Shown here: positions 40,901 through 48,928 of the stretch, piece after piece
Layout of the letters: each line of letters starts with the position of its first letter
How positions within the stretch are numbered: the stretch's first letter is position 1
Source of the DNA: Acidobacteriota bacterium
GTDB taxonomy: Bacteria; Acidobacteriota; UBA890; WLXD01
Direction of reading: 5' to 3'
NCBI GenBank assembly: GCA_012103255.1
Contig: WLXD01000005.1
Location: 115,225 to 179,224 of the forward strand
Length of the DNA stretch: 64,000 bases
The notes under the pieces: generated by a model
Database searches by the model: none
The model's input: the letters and a program-made list of their open reading frames with translations, nothing else
Told to the model about the DNA's origin: nothing
Position numbers and translations under genes: made by a program

Positions 40901-41523
40901 CGATCAGCCCGTTCTACCGGGATGTGGTCGAACTCGGCGCCTTCAGCGAACTGGTCTACACGCCGACGTTCATTGTTGCCTATGGCGGTCCGAGCGGGCG
41001 TCAGTACTACCTCACCCGAACGGACATGGACTCTGTGGAGCGATTGCGTTTCTTCACGCCACACGACGAGCTCGACAAGTGGAAAGCCACGCAGTGGTAC
41101 CGCGAAGATCAGTACGTGCACTTCCTGCACGCCGAGCAGCTCAAGAAATGGATGGACGCTGGCGGCAAGGCGGGGCTCGGATCCCACGGTGAGGTGCAAG
41201 GGCTCGGCACCCACTGGGAACTCTGGATGATGGCCTCCGGCGGGCTGGACAACCATTCCGCTCTGCGGATGGCGACTCTCGACAGTGCCGATGCGATCGG
41301 ACTCGCTGGAGACATTGGCTCGCTCGAACCCGGGAAGTTGGCGGACCTACAGGTGCTCGACGCTAATCCGCTCGACGATCTCGAGAACACCACGGCAATC
41401 AGCTTCGTGATGAAGAACGGCCGGCTCTACGAGGCGGCTACTCTGACCGAGATCTGGCCACGCCAGCGTCCACTCGAGCCACAGTGGTGGTGGAAGGTCG
41501 AACCGGAGGAAGCCGAGCAGTAG
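37981..41523 (+). CDS. Secreted amidohydrolase fused to TolB/PD40 beta-propellers
   Basis: Repeats DVSPDG, YSQDG, ASPDG, WSPDG, YSPDG; PGLVDIHAH, EHS, GSHG, GSLEPGKLADL. Confidence 0.88.
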   Translation: MATLRTHHARVFLLAGLVLALPALGQTVDENAESAKAAAQDKSLPLITTRTLDFTTDEGTWISLDVSPDGETIVFELLGDLYTLPIAGGQAERITSGQAYDMQPRYSQDGTRIVFISDRNGSENLWVANADGSDPEALTTGEKQSYVSPIWAPEEDYVLATKGSQLWLYHLDGGSGVQVTGHDDGAPAHAGVAASDDPGYLWVNLRGRPQGGFPTSSFEPRTHDAPSAAIQSSPRQVGPYQIGLLDRESGMVRVQTHEHEGAFRPVASPDGRWLVYATRYDTREALRLVDLQTEDESWLLMDVQRDDSQGGGMRDRDVYPGSAFLPDSSALITSFGGKIWSVAVPSGDVTPIPFSARVEQELGALAKFEYPIDDDQLTVSQIRGAQPSPDSSRLVFSALDRLWIADLPAASAAVVEPVVLDDETETHSTIRDASRLTTGDDVEHAPVWSPDGAYVAYVTWNDETGGDIYRMRADGSGAPERLTTTSAFYDKIAYSPDGDRIVGVRGNKMHRMRTLEDFGNHATTAELEYMWLPADGGDTTRIAWVGSGATQQGRNAPHFGPEADRIYVWTGRDGLISMRYDGTDVRTHLHVTAPSGNRFGPARPEEVLISPGGGYALIRVNRNVFMSVVPPVGGEAPTVSLGGGAAVPTWRLTEIGGDFIAWDADGATALYSIGRSFFRYSLEDAEAVADAIDAHQAAEEEADEPDEESSTPAEEAEMDSAAEGETETESGADSDADAGDDAEQEPEIPQYRADRVDVEIVVDKDKPKGTVALRNARLITMRGAEVIERGDIVITDNRIVAVGPSGEVDIPNDATEHDMSGKTIYPGLVDIHAHTWVAWGVHREQVSQFLAQLAYGVTTQRDPQTSSEDVVTYSDLMETGELIGPRIYSTGPGVFSNDNIKSLDEARDVLRRYSDHYNTKTIKQYMAGDRKVRQWVIMAARELGLTPTTEGGSNFTMNLTLMQDGYAGLEHSLPISPFYRDVVELGAFSELVYTPTFIVAYGGPSGRQYYLTRTDMDSVERLRFFTPHDELDKWKATQWYREDQYVHFLHAEQLKKWMDAGGKAGLGSHGEVQGLGTHWELWMMASGGLDNHSALRMATLDSADAIGLAGDIGSLEPGKLADLQVLDANPLDDLENTTAISFVMKNGRLYEAATLTEIWPRQRPLEPQWWWKVEPEEAEQ

Positions 41524-41532
41524 GGCCGGCTG

Positions 41533-42864
41533 CTACTGGATGTAGCCGAGGGCTCTGAGCTGCTCCGCCCGCTCAGGCGGTAGCTCGCCCTGGGTGTGTT
41601 CCTGTTCCGCCGTGCGCAGTAGCTCGATGAGTTCGGACATTGCTTCCGCGATGGCTGCTTGGTGCTCGAGCGCGTCTTGTAGCTCGTGGCGATCCGTTTG
41701 CATGTCGTAGAGACGGTCAACGCCGTCCGTGGCGAAGAGGTACTTCCACTCGTTGCTGAGCAGGGCATAGCGCAGTCCGTCGTCCCATCCGCGCTCCCGG
41801 TGGGTCCGCTCCGCGAGTACGTAGTCGCGCTCATCGGTGGCGTCGCTGAGCAGATCCAGACCTTCGAACTGAGCCTCGAGTCCGGCGTCCGGACGGAGAG
41901 CGATTCCGGCAAAGAGAGTCGGCAGTACATCGAGGCTGGAGGCAAGCGTTGCCACTCGCCCCGGGCGCGCGCCCATCCCGGAAGGCCACTTGATAACCAG
42001 CGGTACGAACAGCTGTTCGTTGTGGATCGTGCCGTGGTCGCGCCAGCCGTGCTGGCCAAGCCCCTCACCGTGGTCTGACGTGACAACCATGGCCGTCGTG
42101 TCCCACCGACCGGTATCACGCAGCGCGCCAGCAAGGCGGCCGACCTGGGCGTCGGCGTAGCGGATCTCCCCGTCGTAGGCGTTGTTCCAGCGCAGGTTGC
42201 GCTCCGATGGCTCGATTCCACGCTCTTCGAAGAACTCGAAGAGGCCCTCGTCGGTCGAGTAGACGTCGTATTCCGGCAGGGGTTCGTACGGTGCGTGGGG
42301 ATCCCAGAGATGGACCCATAGGAAGAACGGCGAGTCCGCTGGGCGCCCTTCGAGCCAGCCGAGAGCCAGGTCGGTAGTCTCGGCGTTGAGGCGGTCTCGG
42401 CCGTCAGGTTGGTCGAAGTGCTCGAAACCGATCTGGATGCCGGTGTGATCCTTGAGGGGGGCAGCACTCACGAACGCTGCGGTCGTGTAGCCCTTCTGGG
42501 TGAAGACCTCTGCCGCGGTGCGGATCCCGTCGAGACCGAACTGCTCGCCCATGTGCGCGAAGTTCCCCTTGATGCCGTGGGTCATCGGGTGCGTCGACGT
42601 CATCAGCGAAACGTGGGCGGGGAGCGTGGTCGACATTGTTGTGATCACGTTCTCGAAAACGGTCGCCTCAGCGGCTAGGGCGTCTAGGTTCGGGCTCGTG
42701 TCGCGGAAATACCCGTAGGCGCCGATGTGGTCGGCGCGTAACGTGTCGATCGTGACGATCACCACCGATGCGGGTGGCGCGTCATCGCCCGGGCCGGTTT
42801 GGCCACACGCGCCAATGGCGACGCAGGCGGTGAAAGTTAGGTGCCAACGAGAAGGTGATCGCAT
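41533..42864 (-). CDS. Sulfatase-fold lipoprotein, Thr at nucleophile position (paralog of 32347-33687)
   Basis: Lipobox AIGAC; TIDTLRADH, TTLPAH, HLWDPHAPY, YDGEI, SDHGE; C-terminal LRALGYIQ. Confidence 0.85.
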   Translation of the reverse strand: MRSPSRWHLTFTACVAIGACGQTGPGDDAPPASVVIVTIDTLRADHIGAYGYFRDTSPNLDALAAEATVFENVITTMSTTLPAHVSLMTSTHPMTHGIKGNFAHMGEQFGLDGIRTAAEVFTQKGYTTAAFVSAAPLKDHTGIQIGFEHFDQPDGRDRLNAETTDLALGWLEGRPADSPFFLWVHLWDPHAPYEPLPEYDVYSTDEGLFEFFEERGIEPSERNLRWNNAYDGEIRYADAQVGRLAGALRDTGRWDTTAMVVTSDHGEGLGQHGWRDHGTIHNEQLFVPLVIKWPSGMGARPGRVATLASSLDVLPTLFAGIALRPDAGLEAQFEGLDLLSDATDERDYVLAERTHRERGWDDGLRYALLSNEWKYLFATDGVDRLYDMQTDRHELQDALEHQAAIAEAMSELIELLRTAEQEHTQGELPPERAEQLRALGYIQ

Positions 42865-42970
42865 GATATTCGGGATTCAAACACAAGCGCTGCGCGGAGG
42901 CCCGCGGTTGGCTAGTTTCGCGCGCCAAGCTGGTTCCGCTAGTCTCCTGGCCATTCAACGGAGGTGTGGA

Positions 42971-44830
42971 ATGATTGAACGTCTGGGATTCCGGCTCGTT
43001 CGAGCTGCAGCTGGATTCGTGCTGGTCGTGGCATTCGGGATCACTCCCGCGGTTGGCGCCCAGCAACAAGTTGTCAGTCAGCACGCGATTGTCGACTACT
43101 CGGCCCAGCTCGGGATCGCGACAACAGTCGCCAACACCGTCGACCAGATCTGGGGCCCGATGGTCGCCTTCTTCACGCCGCTCGGACTGACCGATCTGAG
43201 TCCGATTCAGATTCAGCTGGTGGCTTCGGTTCCTGGGCAGGCGCCGGGCTATACCCCGATTGCGGCGCCGCACCAGATTCAGATGAGCCTCGCCAATCCA
43301 GTGACGATCTCCGGGCAGCCTTCGTACCAGACCACCGTGGCTCACGAGATGTTTCACGTCCTGGCGTATCGCGCTGGCGTCGTGACCTCGGCCAAGGCGC
43401 AGAACCAGAAGAACTACTGGATCATCGAGGGGGTGGCGGAACTCGCTGAGCACATGTTCCTGCCGCAGAGGCCGCACAAAACCGTGCGATTTCAGAACTA
43501 TCTCTCCCGGACCTCGCGGCACGGCGTGGCGCTGGTGGATTCCAGTTACTACGCCAGTCTCTTTCTCTATTACCTATGGAAGGATCGCGGGCGTTCAGAC
43601 CTACCGTACGACCTCATGGACTATCTGCGCTCGCAAGACGGTGAACAGATCATCCAGATCCAGAACTTCGGTCAGTACTGGAAGGATTTCACCGAAAAGA
43701 TGTGGAACGACACGCCTGCTCAGCCGGTGCTCGTCGATGGCGCGCCGGTGAGCACCGCGAGCGGCTCCACGCTGCGGCCGAACTTCAATGAGCCTGGCGT
43801 GCGCGAGGCCGTCCCGGCCAGCGGGACCGTCTCGGTGGATGTCGAACTGCCAGCGCTTTCGTGGAAGCACTTCATCTTCGAAGTGCCGTCGTCGAACGTG
43901 TTCGCGAGTTTCTACATGGGGCAACTCGCCAAAGAACAGAACTTCATCACCCACGCCTACGTGCGCGACGCGGCGAGTCAGGCCTGGAGCTACGAGGACT
44001 GGACCGGCAAGCCGTATCGGCGCTTCTGCATACAGCAGACAGGCGTGTGCGCCAACGAGCAATCCGAAAACATCGACCGTGTGGCGCTGATCCTGGCCAA
44101 CATGGACGACTCGACTGAACTGGATGACACGATCGCCGCGGGGACCCTGGCCGATCGCTGGCGCCTCACAGAGGTACAGGTAGCGAGCGATAAACGCGTC
44201 CCCGTTGCGCGTGATCTGAATCTGGAAATGGGTTCGGGCGGAGGTCTCCTCGTTCGCTCCCATGGCTTCTGGCTCGTCTTCCCGGAGTCCGACTTCGAGG
44301 GCGAATCACAACTCGCATACGACTACATCAACAGCGCGTGCCGGATGAAGGGCTTCGTCAAGTTTCGCCGCGACAATGAGACGGCCGAGTATGAGGTCGA
44401 CGAGGAGCGTGACAAGTACAGCTGGGAAACAACGCGGCTCGAGGTCGGGGGACTGATCAATACGCCTTCCGGCTGGTGGTGCGGATTCGAGGATCAGCTC
44501 GAAGGCGGCCTGGCCGGCGGGGGGCTCGCAGCCGGCGGTTCCGTGGCCGCGATCTTTACCCGGCTCAACACCCGTGAGTACCCATCGCAGAGTTTTGCCG
44601 GTCGACTGTCGCGGGTGATGAAAGCAGTGCTCAGCCTGCAGGTGCCCGCCGGCGGCGCGAAGGAGGTGGTGATGTACCAGTACACCACTGGCGACCGCAC
44701 TGTTCTTCAAGTCGAACTGCAGGGCAACGTGCGCGCTTTCTTCGAGCCGGACCCCACGAGTGCCGGCGGCGCCGGCGTTGCTGCGCTGGAACGGAGGCGC
44801 ACGGCGCCAAGCGTCGCGGCGCAGCGATGA
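42971..44830 (+). CDS. Hypothetical secreted HEXXH zinc metallopeptidase-like protein
   Basis: GGAGG SD before ATG 42971; signal peptide; AHEMFH...WIIEGVAE gluzincin-like pattern. Confidence 0.7.
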   Translation: MIERLGFRLVRAAAGFVLVVAFGITPAVGAQQQVVSQHAIVDYSAQLGIATTVANTVDQIWGPMVAFFTPLGLTDLSPIQIQLVASVPGQAPGYTPIAAPHQIQMSLANPVTISGQPSYQTTVAHEMFHVLAYRAGVVTSAKAQNQKNYWIIEGVAELAEHMFLPQRPHKTVRFQNYLSRTSRHGVALVDSSYYASLFLYYLWKDRGRSDLPYDLMDYLRSQDGEQIIQIQNFGQYWKDFTEKMWNDTPAQPVLVDGAPVSTASGSTLRPNFNEPGVREAVPASGTVSVDVELPALSWKHFIFEVPSSNVFASFYMGQLAKEQNFITHAYVRDAASQAWSYEDWTGKPYRRFCIQQTGVCANEQSENIDRVALILANMDDSTELDDTIAAGTLADRWRLTEVQVASDKRVPVARDLNLEMGSGGGLLVRSHGFWLVFPESDFEGESQLAYDYINSACRMKGFVKFRRDNETAEYEVDEERDKYSWETTRLEVGGLINTPSGWWCGFEDQLEGGLAGGGLAAGGSVAAIFTRLNTREYPSQSFAGRLSRVMKAVLSLQVPAGGAKEVVMYQYTTGDRTVLQVELQGNVRAFFEPDPTSAGGAGVAALERRRTAPSVAAQR

Positions 44831-44854
44831 CCCTCCTTCGCCTCAGGGCACAAG

Positions 44855-44888
44855 AAAGCCCCGCGAACCTCTTGATTCACAGGGCTTT
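44855..44888 (-). terminator. Intrinsic terminator downstream of tRNA-Thr
   Basis: 15-bp stem AAAGCCCTGTGAATC/GGTTCGCGGGGCTTT (three G-U pairs on the minus strand) followed by CTTGT. Confidence 0.65.
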
Positions 44889-44893
44889 GCAAG

Positions 44894-44965
44894 AGCCGGC
44901 GCGGGGAGTCGAACCCCGGACCTGCTCATTACGAGTGAGCTGCTCTGCCTCTGAGCTACGCCGGC
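44894..44965 (-). tRNA. tRNA-Thr(CGT)
   Basis: GCCGGCG acceptor stem, GCTCA-CTCGTAA-TGAGC anticodon arm, CGGGG-TTCGACT-CCCCG T-arm; CCA not encoded. Confidence 0.95.
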
Positions 44966-44976
44966 CGGGAACGGTC

Positions 44977-45005
44977 AGTTTAGCCACGTCGGATTGGGGC
45001 CGCAA
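44977..45005 (-). promoter_or_regulatory. Putative sigma70 promoter for tRNA-Thr
   Basis: TTGCGG-17 nt-TAAACT on the minus strand. Confidence 0.5.
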
Positions 45006-45188
45006 ACATGTTTTCGATGCGGCGCGGCAGGCTTTGGCCGGAGGTCGCTGATCCGGACATGAGCCCGCCACGGCACAGCGGGCCCGTGCTACACTCGCGG
45101 CCGTATTTGGGGGGCATGCCGAGCGTGGGGACGCTTCGGCAGCTATTCGGACACCTTCCAGGGGTAATGGTAGGGGAGGTCTCGACGC

Positions 45189-48100
45189 GTGTGGCGTCTA
45201 TCCAGACTTACGATTAACGGCTTCAAGTCGTTCGCTGACCGGGCCGAGCTGGTTTTTCCCGAGGGCATTACTGCTGTCGTCGGGCCGAACGGGTGCGGCA
45301 AGAGCAATATTTCCGACGCCATCGTGTGGGCTCTCGGCGAGCAGAGCACGAGTGCGCTTCGTGCGCAGCAGATGCGCGACGTGATCTTCCAGGGGAGCTC
45401 GGGGCGCAAGCCAAAGGGCGCCGCGGAAGTCACTCTCCACCTCACGGTCCGCGACAAGGTTGAGGATCCGGCAGACCAACTGGTGCTGGGCGTCGCAGAG
45501 GATGGCGGTGAGATCCGAGTCGCGATTGAAGGCGCGGAAGTGGATCTCGGCGACTCGACGCCTGCGACGGCTGATGGAGACGCGGTAGCGGTCGAGCCAC
45601 AAGGCCCAGCGACTGGCATCGCCGTGGCCGACTATCCCGAAGACGAGTTGTCGGTTACTCGCCGACTCTTGCGTTCCGGCGACAGCGAATACCTGCTCAA
45701 CGGCAAGAAGTGCCTGTTGCGCGATATTCGCGAGCGCCTGCTGGGCACGGGTCTCGGCTTCCGAACGTGCTTCACGATCGGGCAGGGAAAGATCGACCAG
45801 ATTCTTTCGGCCGCACCTATGGAGCGCCGGCAGCCTATCGAAGAGGCAGCTGGCATCTCGCTCTACCGGCGTCGCCGCCATTCAACGAACCTGAAACTCG
45901 AAGCCACCGCCCAAGACCTTGCGCGAGTGCAGGACATCTGCGACGAGGTCGCGCGTCAGATGCGCAGCCTGAAGCGTCAGGCCGGACGTGCGAAGAAATA
46001 CCGCGCGCTGCGCGATCAGCTCCGCACGACCGAGTACATCTGGTTCGGTCATCGACTTCGCGAAGTGGAGTCGGCCCGCGATGTTGTGAAGGCCGAGCAG
46101 CAGGCCGCCGCGATGGGCGAAGAAGTTGCGCGTGAGCGTATGGAGTTCGCTACCCGCGAGTGGGAGCAGGCACGACGTGCATGGCGAGAGCAGCGCCAGC
46201 TCCAGACGCGACGCAGGCAGGAGCTGTACAACGCTCAGGTGCAGCAGGAACGCGCCAAGGCAGAGTCGACCCGTCAGCGCGATCGCGCGGCATTCGCGAT
46301 CCAGCGCCTCGAGGACGCCGAGCGCAAGATCGTGGAGATCAGAGAGCAACGTGCGGGCGATGCGGAGATTGTCGATGCGCGTCGTCGTGCGTCCGCCGAG
46401 GCCGACCAGGCAGCGCATGCGGCGGAACGCATGCATCAGGAGACCGCCGAGCGCCTCGATCCGGTTACCCACTTCGAGCCGGCCCCCGTACCGGAATCCG
46501 AACGCGAGACCACCCTGGAGATCCACTCGCTGGCAGCCAGCGTCGAGGTGGCTGACCAGTATCGTGGGGCGGTTGCCCTCGTTCTCGGTCGGCGTCTGAC
46601 GCTTCCATTGCTGGACGATGAGCAAGTCGGCCCGTGGCTCGACTACGTCGCTGATCGGCGTGGCGTTACGGGCGGATTGCGCCATCCAGGCGTGGCCGTG
46701 ACCACAGAGTTGCCAGCCGGGGTAGACGCGGTCCCGTTGCTTGACTACGTGAAAGGCGCCAACGACGTCGCGCAAGCGGTGCTGTCAGACCTACTGTCGG
46801 GGATCTGGCTGGTCACCGATGCAGATGCTGTGATGCAGTACTCGGCGGACTATCCAGGACACGGCTTCGTGGACGCGTCGGGTAGCGCCTGGGCACGAGG
46901 CGCCGAGTTCCGTCGGCGGCAGGGCACCACCGACGTCGATGCTATCTCCGAAGGGCGGCGTGCTACGCGCCTGCGTATGAAACAGACCGAGGACGCCGCG
47001 CCCGAAGCCGTCGGACCGCCTCCCGAGGAGGTCGAAGCCGCGCGGATTCAGGTGGAACAGGCTGCTACGGCATTGCGCTCAGCGCGAGCCCAGGCCGCGG
47101 CCGCCGCACGCGAGTACCAGGTGTCGGAGGCTGGCCTCAAGCGTCTCGATAGCGAGATCCGCCGGCTTGATGAGGAGTGCGAGGCGCTACGGCGCACCAA
47201 ACTCGACGCGGATACGCGAGCTGGCAATGCTGATGTCGAGGCGGAATCGTCGGCGAAGCGAACCACCGAACTGGAGGGCGCGCTAGCGAACGAAGAGACC
47301 GAGGCCAGCGCGGACGAGGAAGGCCAGCTCGGCGGGCTCGAGGCCGCGGTGAGCGCGGGACGCCGTGAGACGGAGCGCGCGCAGTCGCGCCGTGCCGGCT
47401 CGGAGGTACGAGCCGCGGAGGTCCGCGTCGAGCGCAACCACCTGCAGCAGCAGGTGCGCGAGCGTCTCGACAAGGAGCCTCACAAGTTGCTTCGCGAACT
47501 GGCCGAGACCGAGGCTGCGCAGGCAGAAGCTGGAGAGTCCACGCCGGCGCCGAACCTGCATGAGCTCGATCGGACCATCCGCGACGTGCGGAACCAGATC
47601 GATCGACTGGGCCCGGTGAACCTCGTGGCGTACGACGACTACGAGACGCAAAAGGACCGATTCGAGGATCTCGATGGTCAGCGCCGCGACCTGGTTCAAG
47701 CCGCGGACAACCTGCGGGCTGCAATTCGCAAGATTGACGGTGACTGCGTGCAGAGGTTCGCCGACGCCTTCGACGCTATCGACGGCTACTTCAACCGCAT
47801 CTTCCGGCAGCTCTTCGGCGGTGGCCGCGCCGGCATGCGACTGGAGAATCCGGAAGACCCGCTCAACAGCGGCATCGAGATCATGGCGCAGCCGCCGGGC
47901 AAGACCCTTCAGAGCATCCGTTTGATGTCGGGCGGCGAACGATCGCTCATCGCGTTGGCGCTGATGTTCGCGATCTTCGAGTACCATCCGGCGCCGTTCT
48001 GCATCCTGGACGAGGCCGACGCGGCTCTCGACGAGCGCAATGTCGGTCGCTTCGTGCAGGCGCTGCACCATTTCCAGGAGCGCGCGCAGTTCATCATGAT

Positions 48101-48200
48101 CACGCACAACAAGCGCAGCATGGAAGTGGCTGATCTGCTCTACGGCGTGACGATGGCCGAGACCGGTGTTTCCAAACTGGTATCGGTGTCGCTCAACTAG
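45189..48200 (+). CDS. smc: Chromosome segregation SMC protein (short arms, degenerate hinge)
   Basis: GFKSFA, GPNGCGKSN, EEAAG, LGPVN, PPGK, MSGGE, ILDEADAALD, ITH. Confidence 0.92.
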   Translation: MWRLSRLTINGFKSFADRAELVFPEGITAVVGPNGCGKSNISDAIVWALGEQSTSALRAQQMRDVIFQGSSGRKPKGAAEVTLHLTVRDKVEDPADQLVLGVAEDGGEIRVAIEGAEVDLGDSTPATADGDAVAVEPQGPATGIAVADYPEDELSVTRRLLRSGDSEYLLNGKKCLLRDIRERLLGTGLGFRTCFTIGQGKIDQILSAAPMERRQPIEEAAGISLYRRRRHSTNLKLEATAQDLARVQDICDEVARQMRSLKRQAGRAKKYRALRDQLRTTEYIWFGHRLREVESARDVVKAEQQAAAMGEEVARERMEFATREWEQARRAWREQRQLQTRRRQELYNAQVQQERAKAESTRQRDRAAFAIQRLEDAERKIVEIREQRAGDAEIVDARRRASAEADQAAHAAERMHQETAERLDPVTHFEPAPVPESERETTLEIHSLAASVEVADQYRGAVALVLGRRLTLPLLDDEQVGPWLDYVADRRGVTGGLRHPGVAVTTELPAGVDAVPLLDYVKGANDVAQAVLSDLLSGIWLVTDADAVMQYSADYPGHGFVDASGSAWARGAEFRRRQGTTDVDAISEGRRATRLRMKQTEDAAPEAVGPPPEEVEAARIQVEQAATALRSARAQAAAAAREYQVSEAGLKRLDSEIRRLDEECEALRRTKLDADTRAGNADVEAESSAKRTTELEGALANEETEASADEEGQLGGLEAAVSAGRRETERAQSRRAGSEVRAAEVRVERNHLQQQVRERLDKEPHKLLRELAETEAAQAEAGESTPAPNLHELDRTIRDVRNQIDRLGPVNLVAYDDYETQKDRFEDLDGQRRDLVQAADNLRAAIRKIDGDCVQRFADAFDAIDGYFNRIFRQLFGGGRAGMRLENPEDPLNSGIEIMAQPPGKTLQSIRLMSGGERSLIALALMFAIFEYHPAPFCILDEADAALDERNVGRFVQALHHFQERAQFIMITHNKRSMEVADLLYGVTMAETGVSKLVSVSLN

Positions 48201-48229
48201 ACCGCGCGCCAGGTCGGTCTACACGAGTC

Positions 48230-48928
48230 ATGTACGATCCTGTGGTGAGAATCCCATCGCGCTCGATGGTTCCTGTGGCCTTGTTGCTTGCGGCCGGAAC
48301 TCTGTCATGTGCAACCACAGGTGCGAGTGCGCCGACTGCTCCCTCGACGCAATCCGATGGTCCGCCCATCATCCAGCCAGGCGCACCCGGGCAGCCCAGC
48401 CGGCAGATCACTCGTGCCGAAGCCACCGATCTGTCCGCGATCGAGCACACGGCTGCTGATGTCCGGTTCATGCAGGGAATGATCGGGCATCACGCGCAGG
48501 CCCTCGCGATGGCCGAGCCAGCTTCAGATCGCGGCGGAAGCGACGGGGTGAAGCTGCTCGCACAGCGGATCGACCTTTCGCAACAAGACGAGATCCGCAT
48601 GATGCAGGAGTGGCTGGCGGCGCGCGGGGAAGATGTCCCGTCCGTCGACCACTCGCACAGCGGAATGCTCATGCCCGGAATGCTCACGCCCGAGCAGATG
48701 GCTGAGCTCTTGGCGGCACGTGGTGCCGACTTCGACACGCTTTTTCTAAGGTTCATGATCCAACACCACAACGGTGCTTTGACGATGGTGAACGACCTCC
48801 TTGCGCAGCCTGCCGCTGGCCAAGAGACGACGATCGCCGCTTTCATTGCCGATGTTGTCGCAGACCAGCGCGCGGAAATGGACCGTATGGCGGCCATGCT
48901 GCGCGATATGCCCGAAGAGGAACGATGA
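48230..48928 (+). CDS. DUF305-family (CopM-like) lipoprotein
   Basis: Lipobox TLSC; IQPGAPG, FMQGMIGHHAQA, QQDEI..M, MPGM, MIQHHNGA, QRAEM. Confidence 0.85.
   Translation: MYDPVVRIPSRSMVPVALLLAAGTLSCATTGASAPTAPSTQSDGPPIIQPGAPGQPSRQITRAEATDLSAIEHTAADVRFMQGMIGHHAQALAMAEPASDRGGSDGVKLLAQRIDLSQQDEIRMMQEWLAARGEDVPSVDHSHSGMLMPGMLTPEQMAELLAARGADFDTLFLRFMIQHHNGALTMVNDLLAQPAAGQETTIAAFIADVVADQRAEMDRMAAMLRDMPEEER

Noticed and set aside
44855-44965. Active integrative element at tRNA-Thr
   Set aside because: No integrase and no duplicated tRNA 3' end seen by eye; the adjacent inverted repeat is adequately explained as a terminator
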